Positions 30,319-40,896 of a stretch of 64,000 bases of DNA are shown here, in pieces (position 1 is the first letter of the stretch; every line of letters begins with the position of its first letter). Origin of the DNA: an uncultured Candidatus Binatia bacterium (GTDB lineage Bacteria > Desulfobacterota > Binatia > Bin18); the NCBI GenBank assembly GCA_965214755.1, contig OZ243979.1:344350-408349 (forward strand), read 5' to 3'. A program made the translations under genes and the position numbers. Below the pieces are notes generated by a model. That model was given only the letters and a program-made list of their open reading frames with translations, was not told the origin of the DNA and searched no databases.

Positions 30319-30525
30319 GTGAATCTTCCTCGATGTCGAAAGTGCCCAAAAGGAGTGCTTGTCCCCTTGTCCGATTACGGTCCACGAGGATCAGACCTTG
30401 AGTTCAAAGTCTGGGCGTGTACGAATCCGACCTGTTGCTTTACCATTCGGATTGACAAAGGGGTTGTTCGCTACAGCCTCCGTGAGGGCGAACCAAGACG
30501 CCACCACGAGTATCGTCGCTCGTAA
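30319..30525 (+). CDS. small Cys-rich (zinc-ribbon-like) protein
   Basis: GAGGTGG RBS and GTG start. CRKC...WACTNPTCC. Confidence 0.7.
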   Translation: MNLPRCRKCPKGVLVPLSDYGPRGSDLEFKVWACTNPTCCFTIRIDKGVVRYSLREGEPRRHHEYRRS

Positions 30526-30689
30526 GGACGATTCCCGGTCGGCCCATTCTTTTCCCTGCCTTCGTTCTCCCCGTTTTCTACGGTTCATATCGCTGCCAAG
30601 TGAGCGCTCATCCGCTCAGGGTCCCGCTTGTTTTGTTCCGCCCAGCCTTGGTATGAGAACGGCGAGCCTATGAGAAATGGGGGAAAGAT

Positions 30690-31895
30690 ATGAAACAAGC
30701 ACTCGCGGGAGTCTGCGTCCTGGAATTTACCCAGGTCATGGCCGGGCCGTTTTGCGCCATGCTCCTTGGGGACTTGGGGGCCGATGTCATTAAGGTCGAG
30801 CCGCCCGGCGGAGATACCACTCGGCGCATGGGGCAACGGCAGGGAATGGAGAGCACCGGCTATTGGGCGGTCAACCGGAACAAACGCGGGATTGTGCTCA
30901 ATCTCAAAGACCGTCGCGCCCAGGATATTGTGCGGACACTCGTGCGCCAGGCTGACGTTGTGGTGGAGAATTATCGTCCGGGTGTGATGGCCGGATTCGG
31001 CTTGGGCTATGACCATCTGAGCCAGGAGCGGCCCAGCCTCATCTACGCCTCGGTGTCCGGCTTTGGCTCAACCGGTCCGTACGCGCACAAAGGCGGCTTT
31101 GATCTCGTAGCTCAGGGCATGTCAGGCATTATGTCAGTAACGGGCGAGGAAGGCAGGCCACCAGTCAAATGCGGTATTCCGGTGACCGACCTTGGGGCCG
31201 GTCTCTTCGCCGAACAAGCCATTCTTGCCGCCTACATCCATCGTCTCAAAACCGGCGAGGGCCAATATATTGATACGTCGCTGCTGGAAGCGGGGGTTGC
31301 CCTGTCGGTCTGGGAATTGACCCAATATTTCTCAACCGGGGGTATCCCCGAGCCCATGGGTTCGGCTCATCGTATGTCAGCCCCGTATCAGGCGATTCGC
31401 TGCGCGGACGGCTATATCAATTTGGGTGCGGCCAATACCCGCACGTGGGAGAAGTTTGCTCACGCCGTTGGACGCCCCGAACTGGTGGACCGGCCCGAAT
31501 ATGCGGAAGATGGTCTCCGCGTCCAGAACCGCCATCAACTCACACGAGAAATAGAAGCCGTCACCACCCAGCAGCCGCGCTCGCACTGGCTCGCCGTGCT
31601 CGAAGAACTCGGCGTACCGTGCGGACCAATCTCAAATTACGCCGAGGTGTTTGCTGACCCGCACATTCAGGCGCGCGGCATGGTGCAGGAGATGAAACAT
31701 CCGGTTGGGGGAACCGTGCAGGTGTTGGGTCCAGCAGTGAAACTGTCCGAGACGCCAGCACGGCTGGCTCGCCGTTCTCCGTTGTACGGGGAGCATACCG
31801 CCGAGGTGCTCACCGAGATTGGCTGTACGCAGGCTGAGATTCAGGAGTTGGAAAAGGCCGGAGTCATAGCGACGTGGCCTGACGCTCCTCAATGA
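30690..31895 (+). CDS. family III CoA-transferase (CaiB/BaiF)
   Basis: AGPFC...LGDLGADVIKVEPPGGD, NRNKR, ENYRPG, GFDLVAQ. Confidence 0.95.
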   Translation: MKQALAGVCVLEFTQVMAGPFCAMLLGDLGADVIKVEPPGGDTTRRMGQRQGMESTGYWAVNRNKRGIVLNLKDRRAQDIVRTLVRQADVVVENYRPGVMAGFGLGYDHLSQERPSLIYASVSGFGSTGPYAHKGGFDLVAQGMSGIMSVTGEEGRPPVKCGIPVTDLGAGLFAEQAILAAYIHRLKTGEGQYIDTSLLEAGVALSVWELTQYFSTGGIPEPMGSAHRMSAPYQAIRCADGYINLGAANTRTWEKFAHAVGRPELVDRPEYAEDGLRVQNRHQLTREIEAVTTQQPRSHWLAVLEELGVPCGPISNYAEVFADPHIQARGMVQEMKHPVGGTVQVLGPAVKLSETPARLARRSPLYGEHTAEVLTEIGCTQAEIQELEKAGVIATWPDAPQ

Positions 31896-32629
31896 TGTGT
31901 CAGGAGCTGCGCTCCGTAGACAAACAGTACGCCCGCAAGGGTGGCCACTGGAAGCTGGCGTGAGTGACTGGCGTCATGCGCTGCGGGGAGGAGACTTCCG
32001 GCTCCCAGATAGAGAAAGACTCCACCAAACCATGCCAGCAGCAGGGCAAGTAACGCTGTCTGAAAGGTCACAAACGACTGGGCGTAGACGCCGGCAAGGG
32101 GGGCCAGCGCGGTAAGAACGAGCATGATTCTGGTGGCCCGAACGGTCTGCCGCGTCCCGAGCATGACGCCGGCAATACTCGCGCCGTCCGCTATTTTGTG
32201 AAGCGTGATACCCAGGGCAATCGCCCAGCCCACATGCTCGCCAGCGTGAAAGCCTTGGCCTATGGCAAACCCATCAAAAAGGCTATGCACCAGAATGCCG
32301 GTTGCACCCCAGATACCAGCGTGTGGGGCGTGGGCATGGTGGGCGGCTTGCTCAGCGGGTGCCTCTCGCTGATGGGTGAGATGTTCGACGAGATAGAAGC
32401 ACAGAAACCCTAAAGCACAGGACAATAAGATATGATGATGGTGGAAGGTTGAGCCGGTGGTCGAGAGCAATTCCAGCGACTCTGGAATCACTTCCATCAG
32501 CGCTCCGGCAATCAGTGCGCCCGCGCAAAAGGCAAAAACTATACCCTGGTAGACCTGGAGTCGTAAAACGATCAGCCCGCCACCAAGGGTCAGGACAAAA
32601 GTCGCGCCAGCTACCCAGAATGCTGTCAT
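31889..32629 (-). CDS. ZIP family metal transporter
   Basis: Multi-TM protein with His-rich loop, HSLFDG and HKIADG motifs. Confidence 0.88.
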   Translation of the reverse strand: MTAFWVAGATFVLTLGGGLIVLRLQVYQGIVFAFCAGALIAGALMEVIPESLELLSTTGSTFHHHHILLSCALGFLCFYLVEHLTHQREAPAEQAAHHAHAPHAGIWGATGILVHSLFDGFAIGQGFHAGEHVGWAIALGITLHKIADGASIAGVMLGTRQTVRATRIMLVLTALAPLAGVYAQSFVTFQTALLALLLAWFGGVFLYLGAGSLLPAAHDASHSRQLPVATLAGVLFVYGAQLLTHH

Positions 32630-32805
32630 GATCGCGTTCCACAGAAAGTCATGCCCGGAGAATACTCTGACCGCAGTGGACCAGCCCACCGGTTTGAAGC
32701 ATGCGACGTCATCCTCTCAGAGTCGCCAATACAAATCAACTGTAGCAGCTATCGTATTGTAAAGCTGGCTCATCTACAGAAGCAGTTCACCTGCGTAGAT
32801 ACATG

Positions 32806-33468
32806 TCACGAAGAACTGACGGACGCCTGGGCGACTCGTGACTCGGTTTCATGCTCCCTGCCCGACAGGCCCTCTAGTCCCTCTTTCACCAGCCAGGGGA
32901 TCATCAGTAGCGCCGCGACTGGGTCCGCCCACCACCAACTAAGCGCTGCATTGGCCCCAAGTCCCAATAAGAGGGTAAACGACAGATAGGAGCAGGCCAG
33001 CGTCTCTTTGGCCTCGGCCCGTAGCGCCTGACTGCCGACCTGTGTGGCCGCCCGCAACTTCCCGAACGAGACTAGGGGCATAATGATGAGTGAGGCCGTG
33101 GCCAGCAGCAGGCCGATATAACTCACGTTCGGGACCTCTTGCTGCCACAGCATCCAAACGGACTGGATCAGGACATACAGGGCGAGGGCCATAAAAGACA
33201 GGCCCACAAAGCGATGGACCATCAGGTCCGCGCGGACGACCCGGTCAGAATCCGCCCCGCGCGCCTCAAGGCGGAGCCGCCAGATGAGGACACTGGCTGC
33301 CACGATTTCAATGACGCTGTTGGAGCCAAATTCAATCAGGGCAATGCTCGCCGCTTCAACGCCGGCCCACATCGCAATACCGGCCTCCACCACGTTATAG
33401 AGCATGGTGGTGATAACCAGGATGATTCCCACCCGCAGCCAGTATGGGGAGCCCTGCGCTTTCTCCAT
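32806..33468 (-). CDS. cation diffusion facilitator-like membrane protein (TM domain only)
   Basis: YNVVEA...SIALI, SQALRAEAKE, WWWADPVAAL. Confidence 0.85.
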   Translation of the reverse strand: MEKAQGSPYWLRVGIILVITTMLYNVVEAGIAMWAGVEAASIALIEFGSNSVIEIVAASVLIWRLRLEARGADSDRVVRADLMVHRFVGLSFMALALYVLIQSVWMLWQQEVPNVSYIGLLLATASLIIMPLVSFGKLRAATQVGSQALRAEAKETLACSYLSFTLLLGLGANAALSWWWADPVAALLMIPWLVKEGLEGLSGREHETESRVAQASVSSS

Positions 33469-33548
33469 CCGTCGCCCTCCCTCTGTCTCTGCCCTCATAT
33501 CTTTTCATGGACGGAGAAGAAAGAAAAACTCGACAAAAGGAAGGGCCT

Positions 33549-34396
33549 CTAGCGCGGCCGCATTGCTCGAAAGAGCCAAGCTGCGGCCAACAGCAGGGCG
33601 AGACAGGCTGCGGCCATCTGGCCGGGGGGGTAATCGTACGCATTCGCCACAACAAAGGCGACAACACTCATACCGAGAGAGACCAGTGGGGCCAGGATGA
33701 ACAGGCTGCCGGCCGTCCGGCCCAGGCTCTTGGCAATCAGGGCCGGCAGCACCAGACTCGCAAAAGCAAACACGACGCCGGAAACATGTATGGCAAATCC
33801 GACGGTCAGACCCAGCCAGGTCGAGAGCAGGCCGTTCCAGAGCCCGGTTCTCAGACCGGCCGCGCGGGCCATGACCGGGTCGAGGGTGATCAGCAGGACG
33901 GAACGGTAAGACACAACCAAGGCCGAGCCAGTCAGCAGCGTCATACCGGCAAAAATCCAGACATCTTCGGTCCGCGCCCCAATGATCGTGCTGGACAAGA
34001 GGCGGTTGACTTCCTCCATGCCGTGCGGGCTGTGGGCGAGCAGCAAAATGGAGGCGCTCATCGAGAACAGAAAGACCCAGCCGGTGATGGCCTCGTGGGT
34101 TTCCTGACCGGCCCGCCGTCCGCCGCCGGTTGTGAGAAAGGCGGCCAGCACGGCAAACAGCCCGCCCATGAGGGAGTGGATCAAATCAGAATTCCACCAG
34201 GAATCCGGCCTGAGCAGGCTGCCAGACCAGATTGCCACGGCGATGCCCAACAACGACGCTTGTGAAACCGCCGCACCAATGAAAATCTGGTCACGGGCAA
34301 CCACCAGTACCCCGATCAGCGAGAGCAGAATGCCAATCAGCCAGCCGGACAGATAGGCGTTCTGGAAGAGCGGCCACGAACTCACGAAACTGTCGA

Positions 34397-34400
<4 letters not shown>
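33549..34400 (-). CDS. metal ABC transporter permease (ZnuB/MntB-like)
   Basis: IGVLVVARDQIFIGAAVSQ, DPVMARAAG, SLVLPA. Confidence 0.9.
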
Positions 34401-35149
<749 letters not shown>

Positions 35150-35163
35150 GAGTCCGTACCGTA

Positions 35164-35589
35164 CTAGTCGGAAGCCTGACACTGCAAGCAGGTCTTGCAC
35201 AGATGCCGGTTAAGCAGATGCCCGCCCGCCAGCAGCCCGGCTCCGAGAACAATACATACGACCTCAGACGTCTCTTCGGGAGAAAAGCGCCCGCCGAGGA
35301 TGAGCAGGAACGCTGCCCCGAGCAGCAGAAAGGTACGGCGCTGTTGATGAATACGAAATCCCCGGCACAGGCTCCCTACGGCCAGTACGAGTGAAGCGCC
35401 GAGAAGTGCCGTCTCTATGGATTCGCTAGCAAGAAAGCCCAGCCCCGCGAACGGCAGCAGAGACAGCAGCAGGGGGGCTGCCAGGCAGTGCAGGGCGCAG
35501 GCCAGTGATAGCCCCGCCCCGAACTGGTCAATCCACAGAGCGGTCGTACCCAACTGATGGGAAAGGGAGGGGGCTGGGTTTGAAAGCAT
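35164..35589 (-). CDS. MerC-domain membrane protein
   Basis: DQFGAGLSLACALHCLAAP...HLLN, four TM helices. Confidence 0.85.
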   Translation of the reverse strand: MLSNPAPSLSHQLGTTALWIDQFGAGLSLACALHCLAAPLLLSLLPFAGLGFLASESIETALLGASLVLAVGSLCRGFRIHQQRRTFLLLGAAFLLILGGRFSPEETSEVVCIVLGAGLLAGGHLLNRHLCKTCLQCQASD

Positions 35590-35610
35590 ACGTTTCGACT
35601 CGATGCCCTG

Positions 35611-36663
35611 CTAGGTCGTACCCGCTAAGGCCGCCGCGAGTTGCTTCACATTGTAATCTATCAGATCGAGATAGTGCGCTGTCCCAGGGCGAGAGTTGGC
35701 TTGTTCGGCCATAGGGACGATCGTAGCGTTAGAGTTCTCGGAGACGAATCGCGCATAGCGGGGGTCGTAATAGGTCGCTTTCAGAACGGCTTTCACACTG
35801 TTCGTTTTCATCAACCCGATCACCGTGTTCAGATGTTTCGTGGTTGGGAGCATGCCCGGCAGGGGTTCGAGATAGGCAACTATCTCGAACCCGAAGAGTT
35901 CGGCAAAGTACACCCAGGCGTTATGGTCGCCGACGAGCTTGTTGCCGGCATGGGGCCGCAGGCTGCCGAGCCAGCCGCCCAGCAGAGACTCCTGTCCCTG
36001 ACTCTTGAGAAAGCTGTCCAGCCGTCCATGCCGGGCCAATACTGCCAGTTTCTCGATCTCGAAGTCGTAGGCGTCGGCCAGCGCCTCGCCGACCAAGGCT
36101 ACGCCCAAGCGCCGCCGGAAGTCGGCATAGCGCTCGGCGAAATATTGGGCACTGGTCGGCCGGAGGGCGCTCAGCCGATCCCGCAGCAGCCGCGCGACAC
36201 GCAGGCCGTTCGTGGGGTCCAGCAGATAATGCGGATTGCCGAACGGGTGTATATCACCCATGGAGCGATCGACCGGCACACTGGGAACCTCAAGCGGAGC
36301 GATAGCCGCGGACGCATCGATATAGCCCTGGCCGCCGGGGAGAATATTACCGTTCCGGGCATTCTGCAGCAGGGGTGGCGCCCACCCAACCTCCAGGTCC
36401 AGGCCGATCTGAACATACACATCGCAGGCGCTCAGGGCCTTGATGAAACTCGGCTTGGGCACCACGAAGTGGGGGTTTTCCGTGCCTTTGGCAAAGACCG
36501 TCAGCGTAGTCTGCTCGCCGCCAATCTCCTGGACCAAGCTGCCGAGGTCGGGAACCGTGGCACAGGCTTTGAGCGGCTGTGCCTGAGCGAACGGGGTCAA
36601 CCACAAGCCGGCAACCAGACTCACGAGTGTTGTTACAGAGATAAGACGACGGATCATCAACAT
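35611..36663 (-). CDS. metal ABC transporter substrate-binding protein (ZnuA/TroA cluster A-I)
   Basis: Signal peptide, NPH, GLDLEVGW, GDIHPFGNPHYLLDP. Confidence 0.92.
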   Translation of the reverse strand: MLMIRRLISVTTLVSLVAGLWLTPFAQAQPLKACATVPDLGSLVQEIGGEQTTLTVFAKGTENPHFVVPKPSFIKALSACDVYVQIGLDLEVGWAPPLLQNARNGNILPGGQGYIDASAAIAPLEVPSVPVDRSMGDIHPFGNPHYLLDPTNGLRVARLLRDRLSALRPTSAQYFAERYADFRRRLGVALVGEALADAYDFEIEKLAVLARHGRLDSFLKSQGQESLLGGWLGSLRPHAGNKLVGDHNAWVYFAELFGFEIVAYLEPLPGMLPTTKHLNTVIGLMKTNSVKAVLKATYYDPRYARFVSENSNATIVPMAEQANSRPGTAHYLDLIDYNVKQLAAALAGTT

Positions 36664-36686
36664 AGGTCTATTCTCCTACTGTCCGA

Positions 36687-38345
36687 TTAGAAGTTGTGCG
36701 CGGCATGGGCACCGTACAGCCACTCGAAGCCGAGCCAGATGGTATGCGCGTCGTTCTTGAGATGGCTAGCCATATCGTAGTTGTACTGGAGCCGGATGCG
36801 CGAGAACTCGGATGGCCGCCAGACTAGCAACGGAGAGAGGCGGTGGCGGTCATCACGGAAGGGGTCGTTCTTGCGTCCGCCGATGCTCTGCCCACTCCCG
36901 CCGGCGTACTCATAGCGCAGGCCGGCGGCCCATCCGGTCCGAAACCCGTACAAAAGCTGGGTGTACAGGCCCCAGTCCTTGAGCGTGCGGCCCGGCAGGC
37001 TGGCGAAATCGCCGGTCTCGGTTTCCTGGGTGTAGCGGGCCACGTGATAGTCGCGCTTCATAAGTTCAGTCTGCCAAGTCAGGAACGGATAACCGAAATT
37101 GCCGGCCGGCTGCCAGCGCCACTTCATGTCCAGCCCATACAGCCAGGTGTCGGCATCCCGCCCGGTTGAGTTCGGCCCGTACAGGCCGGACAGGCCGAAC
37201 ACCGCAGTCACGTCGTCGGTGAAGTTGAACGAGTTTTCCAAACGGGTTAGATAGAGGAAGTCTCCAAAACCGCGCACGTCTTGAGCGACAATCGGCCGGC
37301 CGGCGATGCCGTCGCCCTGAATGCCGCCGGCCGGTTCGTCCGCGTGCGTGTCCCCTCCGTGGCCGTGTGCGTCGGCGGATTCATCCCCGTGTTCGTCGCC
37401 GTGCGCGTCGCCGTGCGCGTCGTGACCGCCGCCCCCGTGGGCATGGGCCAGTTCTCCGCCCAGGAAGCTAGCCATGGTCACGCCGCCCGCGTTCTGCATG
37501 CCGAAGTGGAACTCGGAGAACCACGGCGTGGGGGGAAGCCACGAGGCCCGAAAACCGGCTTGCCGCATGCCGTCTCCGCCGAACATGCGGGAGTTGACCA
37601 CCGGTTGATCGATCCAATCCCAGAAGTGGGGGTGTTGTGGGTTGATCAGCCCGAACTCGGTCAGGAAATGGCCAACCTCAAGCTGAAGACCGTAGGGCAG
37701 GGCCGACGAGGTGAGGAAGGCTTCTTCAAGCTCAAACGCGGTCTCGCCGGTGCTGGGGTTGACCGAGGTGAGGATATGCGCCTCGCCGGTAAAGTAGGGG
37801 TCGACCGCGCCGGACAGGGAAAGCTCGGCCTGACCCAGGGTAAAGCCTCGCTGTTTCGGGTCGTGGCTACCACCCTGTAGCGTCGAAATTGCCGCATCCC
37901 GCTCGCTGGAGCCGCCGGCGAAGAACAGCACATCGGCCGAAATGTCAATGAGGCGCAACTGCGTGTTCCCACCCAGTGGCTGTGACCACAGCGCCCGTCG
38001 GTCCGGTGCTGCTGGCTCAAAGTCCGGGACACCGAGCTCGTCCAGCGCCTGGTCTAATGGAGAGTCAACCCGGGTGGCTATACGGTCAACTTGTTGCCGC
38101 TGGATTGCCTGGACTTGTGCTTCTTGTGCCTCGACTTGTTGCTTGAGTGCCTGATCTCGCGAGGTCGAGTCCTTTTGCATTTGCGAGATGGTTTGCTGGA
38201 GTTGCTCGACCGTTTGCTGAAGACGGTCAACCTGACTGCGGAGTGCTTTTACCTCATCTGAGTCGCTGGCCTGTGCGCTGGTCTCTGGCTGGGCTAAAAA
38301 AATGGAGACGACCGAGATGAGAAAAATGACGATTATTCGGTGCAT
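36687..38345 (-). CDS. outer-membrane beta-barrel protein with N-terminal coiled coil and His-rich loop
   Basis: Signal peptide, coiled coil, GAVDPYF, HPHFWDW, His-rich insert, SEFSRIRLQY, terminal GAHAAHNF. Confidence 0.8.
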   Translation of the reverse strand: MHRIIVIFLISVVSIFLAQPETSAQASDSDEVKALRSQVDRLQQTVEQLQQTISQMQKDSTSRDQALKQQVEAQEAQVQAIQRQQVDRIATRVDSPLDQALDELGVPDFEPAAPDRRALWSQPLGGNTQLRLIDISADVLFFAGGSSERDAAISTLQGGSHDPKQRGFTLGQAELSLSGAVDPYFTGEAHILTSVNPSTGETAFELEEAFLTSSALPYGLQLEVGHFLTEFGLINPQHPHFWDWIDQPVVNSRMFGGDGMRQAGFRASWLPPTPWFSEFHFGMQNAGGVTMASFLGGELAHAHGGGGHDAHGDAHGDEHGDESADAHGHGGDTHADEPAGGIQGDGIAGRPIVAQDVRGFGDFLYLTRLENSFNFTDDVTAVFGLSGLYGPNSTGRDADTWLYGLDMKWRWQPAGNFGYPFLTWQTELMKRDYHVARYTQETETGDFASLPGRTLKDWGLYTQLLYGFRTGWAAGLRYEYAGGSGQSIGGRKNDPFRDDRHRLSPLLVWRPSEFSRIRLQYNYDMASHLKNDAHTIWLGFEWLYGAHAAHNF

Positions 38346-38357
38346 GGGAGTTCCTTG

Positions 38358-38374
38358 TTGCATAATAGTTGTAA
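38358..38374. promoter_or_regulatory. putative Fur/Zur-family operator, copy 1
   Basis: TTGCATAATAGTTGTAA just upstream of the beta-barrel/ABC operon start, with the same spacing as the other two boxes. Confidence 0.5.
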
Positions 38375-38432
38375 TAGAAACATCATTAAAGAATGACCAG
38401 GGATTGTCAAGCCGACCCGGGCCGCCATGGTT

Positions 38433-39371
38433 CTAGTGCGGGACGAGACAAGAAGCGAGCGCAGCAAGAAGCGCCGAGCGGTCAAACGCCGTGCCAATAA
38501 ACACCAGATGATCCTGAGGATGTGGGGTCAGGGATACCGGTCCGATAAAAAACTCTTTTCCGTTGTACTGTAGCTCCCACTGTTTCGAGGAGTCGTGAAA
38601 GCGAACGAAGCCCTTCGCCCGCCAGACTTCGTCGGGCAATGCTTGCATCACTTCGGCAAAGGGCTCCGGGATGAAGGAACACGGCGCGCAATAGGTCAGC
38701 GTGTGGAAATGGTCATGCTGAGGCGCGCGAGCGGTAGCGGGGGTCGCCTGAGTCCCCTGCTGACTCAGCACCCTAGAAAAGTCCACATCCGCGTACGTGG
38801 TCAGGAGGATTTTGGCCCGGGGGTTTTTGTGCTGAACTTCTTGAACCGCTCTTGCGAGCTGCATCCAATGGGCGAGGTCACATTTGTTAATCAAGACGAA
38901 GTCTGCCGTCTCGGTAAAGGAATGCATGCCATAGCCTGCCATCTGTTGAGATGAGCCTCGTGCGTCGATTACGGCAATCATTGAGGCAACAAACGCGTGT
39001 GACAGCATCTCTATCTGTGTGAGCTGATCCAACAGGCGGACGGGGTCAGCCAGTCCGGTTGCTTCGATAAAGATAACATCGGGCTGCTGGGTAATGAGAG
39101 CCGTGAGTGCGGAGGTCAGATCCGGCCGCAGCGTACAGCAAATACAGCCATCGGCAAACGTTTTGGTCGGATAGCCTTGCCCCCGGAGGCGTTCACTATC
39201 GGTGCTCACGTCTCCATAATCGTTAACCAGGATCGCAGGTTTGAGACCCCGTGACACGGCATAGGCCAAGAGGCCCTGCAGGAAGGTTGTCTTGCCACTC
39301 CCCAGGAAGCCGGAAATGACGTAGATGGGGATGCTGGGAGCGTGCTCGAATAGTGTTTTTACAGACAGCAT
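38433..39371 (-). CDS. COG0523/CobW-family G3E GTPase metallochaperone
   Basis: GFLGSGKT, GCICC, EATG, NKCD, RAKG, LVFIG. Confidence 0.93.
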   Translation of the reverse strand: MLSVKTLFEHAPSIPIYVISGFLGSGKTTFLQGLLAYAVSRGLKPAILVNDYGDVSTDSERLRGQGYPTKTFADGCICCTLRPDLTSALTALITQQPDVIFIEATGLADPVRLLDQLTQIEMLSHAFVASMIAVIDARGSSQQMAGYGMHSFTETADFVLINKCDLAHWMQLARAVQEVQHKNPRAKILLTTYADVDFSRVLSQQGTQATPATARAPQHDHFHTLTYCAPCSFIPEPFAEVMQALPDEVWRAKGFVRFHDSSKQWELQYNGKEFFIGPVSLTPHPQDHLVFIGTAFDRSALLAALASCLVPH

Positions 39372-39469
39372 AACGCAAAAGACAGCCGAGTGAGACAAAC
39401 AGGCACCCCGGACAGGGTAACAGGAGGGAAACCCTGTCCGGGGGCCGGGTAGGAAAGGCAGGCGCTCAT
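39359..39469 (-). CDS. possible 36-aa leader peptide overlapping the COG0523 start
   Basis: AGGAGG RBS. MSACLSYPAPGQGFPPVTLSGVPVCLTRLSFALCCL*. Contains a 13-bp perfect stem (39406-39418/39431-39443). Confidence 0.35.
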   Translation of the reverse strand: MSACLSYPAPGQGFPPVTLSGVPVCLTRLSFALCCL

Positions 39470-39547
39470 AGCACCTCCTCTTTTCTGCCCGGAGAGGGAT
39501 TGAGAGACGGCGAACCCTGGAAAAACGAAATGCGGTCCATCAAGGAT

Positions 39548-39589
39548 CTCCAATATCAAGTATTTGATGTATTTGCAACTATATTGTAA
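39548..39589. promoter_or_regulatory. 42-bp promoter/operator block with putative Fur/Zur box, copy 2
   Basis: ctccaatatcaagtatttgatgtatTTGCAACTATATTGTAA, 39/42 identical to 42900-42941. Confidence 0.7.
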
Positions 39590-39733
39590 AAATGTAATGC
39601 TATGGAGGTCTCACATAGAGGGAGAGGTATGGAATGGGGAGGCGCTCGGCCTTCCGTTGTCGGTCGCAAGCGGTGGGCCTGAGACACTTTTTTCTTGCCG
39701 GAAGCCACAGAAATCGGTAAAGTAGGTGACGCT

Positions 39734-40180
39734 ATGAAAAAGGAAAGGGTCGTTCGATCAATCGCAGAACTCCGCGCTCTGGTTCGATCCACTGGGCTGC
39801 GGAGCACAGGTCCCCGTGTTGCTGTGTTGCAGCGGCTTCAGCAGGCAGTTACTCCTATGAGCCATGCGGAGATCGCCGAAGCCCTGGAGCCAGCGGGACT
39901 GGACCGGGCGACGCTCTACCGGAATCTCATTGACCTCACTGATGTCGGCCTCTTGTCGCGAACGGATCATGGCGATCACGTTTGGCGTTTTGAACTGCGT
40001 GGCAATGCGTACGGCCAAGCCGAACAACATCCTCATTTTACCTGTATTGACTGTGGCGAGGTTGAATGTCTGCCCGATACGAGCATTGAGGTATCTGCAC
40101 CACACCGTACGCCTCGTGCGCTCCGAAATCACCATTTTGAAGTGCAACTCACCGGCCTGTGCGACCGCTGTGCGGCCTAG
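39734..40180 (+). CDS. Fur-family transcriptional regulator (Zur-like by context)
   Basis: GLRSTGPR, ATLYRNL, HPHFTCIDCG, LTGLCDRC. Confidence 0.92.
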   Translation: MKKERVVRSIAELRALVRSTGLRSTGPRVAVLQRLQQAVTPMSHAEIAEALEPAGLDRATLYRNLIDLTDVGLLSRTDHGDHVWRFELRGNAYGQAEQHPHFTCIDCGEVECLPDTSIEVSAPHRTPRALRNHHFEVQLTGLCDRCAA

Positions 40181-40187
40181 CTGCGGA
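40102..40187 (+). repeat. direct repeat copy 1: fur 3' end
   Basis: 86 bp, 82/86 identical to 40753-40838. Confidence 0.95.
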
Positions 40188-40270
40188 AGCTGCGGATCGC
40201 GGCCACTTCTCTAACCCAAAACCCCCCATTCCATCATGTCAAGCTTGGGCGCGAGAAGGGCGGTTCCTCA

Positions 40271-40441
40271 ATGAGACTACTCGAAGGCAGAACGAGCATC
40301 CTATTGACAGGAGGGCTTGTCAGTTGTCTGGTCTGCTCGCCCCGTTTGACACCTGCCACGGACTGTGCGGCCTGGAACAGCCGAGATTTTTTCGCGAACG
40401 AGGCCACGGTCGAGACTGTGACTACCTCCAACATCTCGTAG
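40271..40441 (+). pseudogene. gene remnant: signal-like peptide plus DCAAWNSRDFF motif (possible exported ankyrin-protein N-terminus)
   Basis: MRLLEGRTSILLTGGLVSCLVCSPRLTPATDCAAWNSRDFFANEATVETVT...*. Family assignment is from memory of similar N-termini. Confidence 0.35.
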
Positions 40442-40752
40442 CTGGAAGCCCTCAGCAGATCAGGTACGCCAGACCATACAACGTGCTCAGGTATGTCGGG
40501 CCAGGCAAGAGCGTGATGCGGAGTGGTATCGCAAAATTGCACCTCCGGCCTCAAGGGGCCTCCCCGCCCAAGGAGGCTGGGGCTAGTCCGACGACGGTAT
40601 TATGATTTCCGCAGTCTAGCAGAGCAAAGGCGCTGGCTGCGCTGCAGCAGGAGTATGACCTCTTCACTTTTTCTCGACCGGATGGGCAGAGGACCATGGC
40701 TGTCCAAATTGCCAAAAAGCCTAACCGAATAGGCATGCCGCCGTCAGCGCCT

Positions 40753-40838
40753 ACACCGTACGCCTCGTGCGCTCCGAAATCACCATTTTGAAGTGCAACT
40801 CACCGGCCTGTACGACCGCTGCGCCGCCTAGCTACGGA
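40753..40838 (+). repeat. direct repeat copy 2: orphan fur 3' end
   Basis: Encodes ...VQLTGLYDRCAA*, with the first Cys of CxxC changed to Tyr. Confidence 0.95.
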
Positions 40839-40896
40839 TTGTAGCCATCGTCCGCGCTGAGAGGCGAGGGGCGTGGCTGAGCGGTCACCCGCAACC

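Noticed and set aside
35164-35589. Mercury resistance locus
   Set aside because: The MerC-like gene sits inside a metal ABC operon with no merA/merR/merP.
39372-39733. Cobalamin riboswitch upstream of COG0523
   Set aside because: No B12-box consensus is visible; the region is explained by the operator block and the hairpin.
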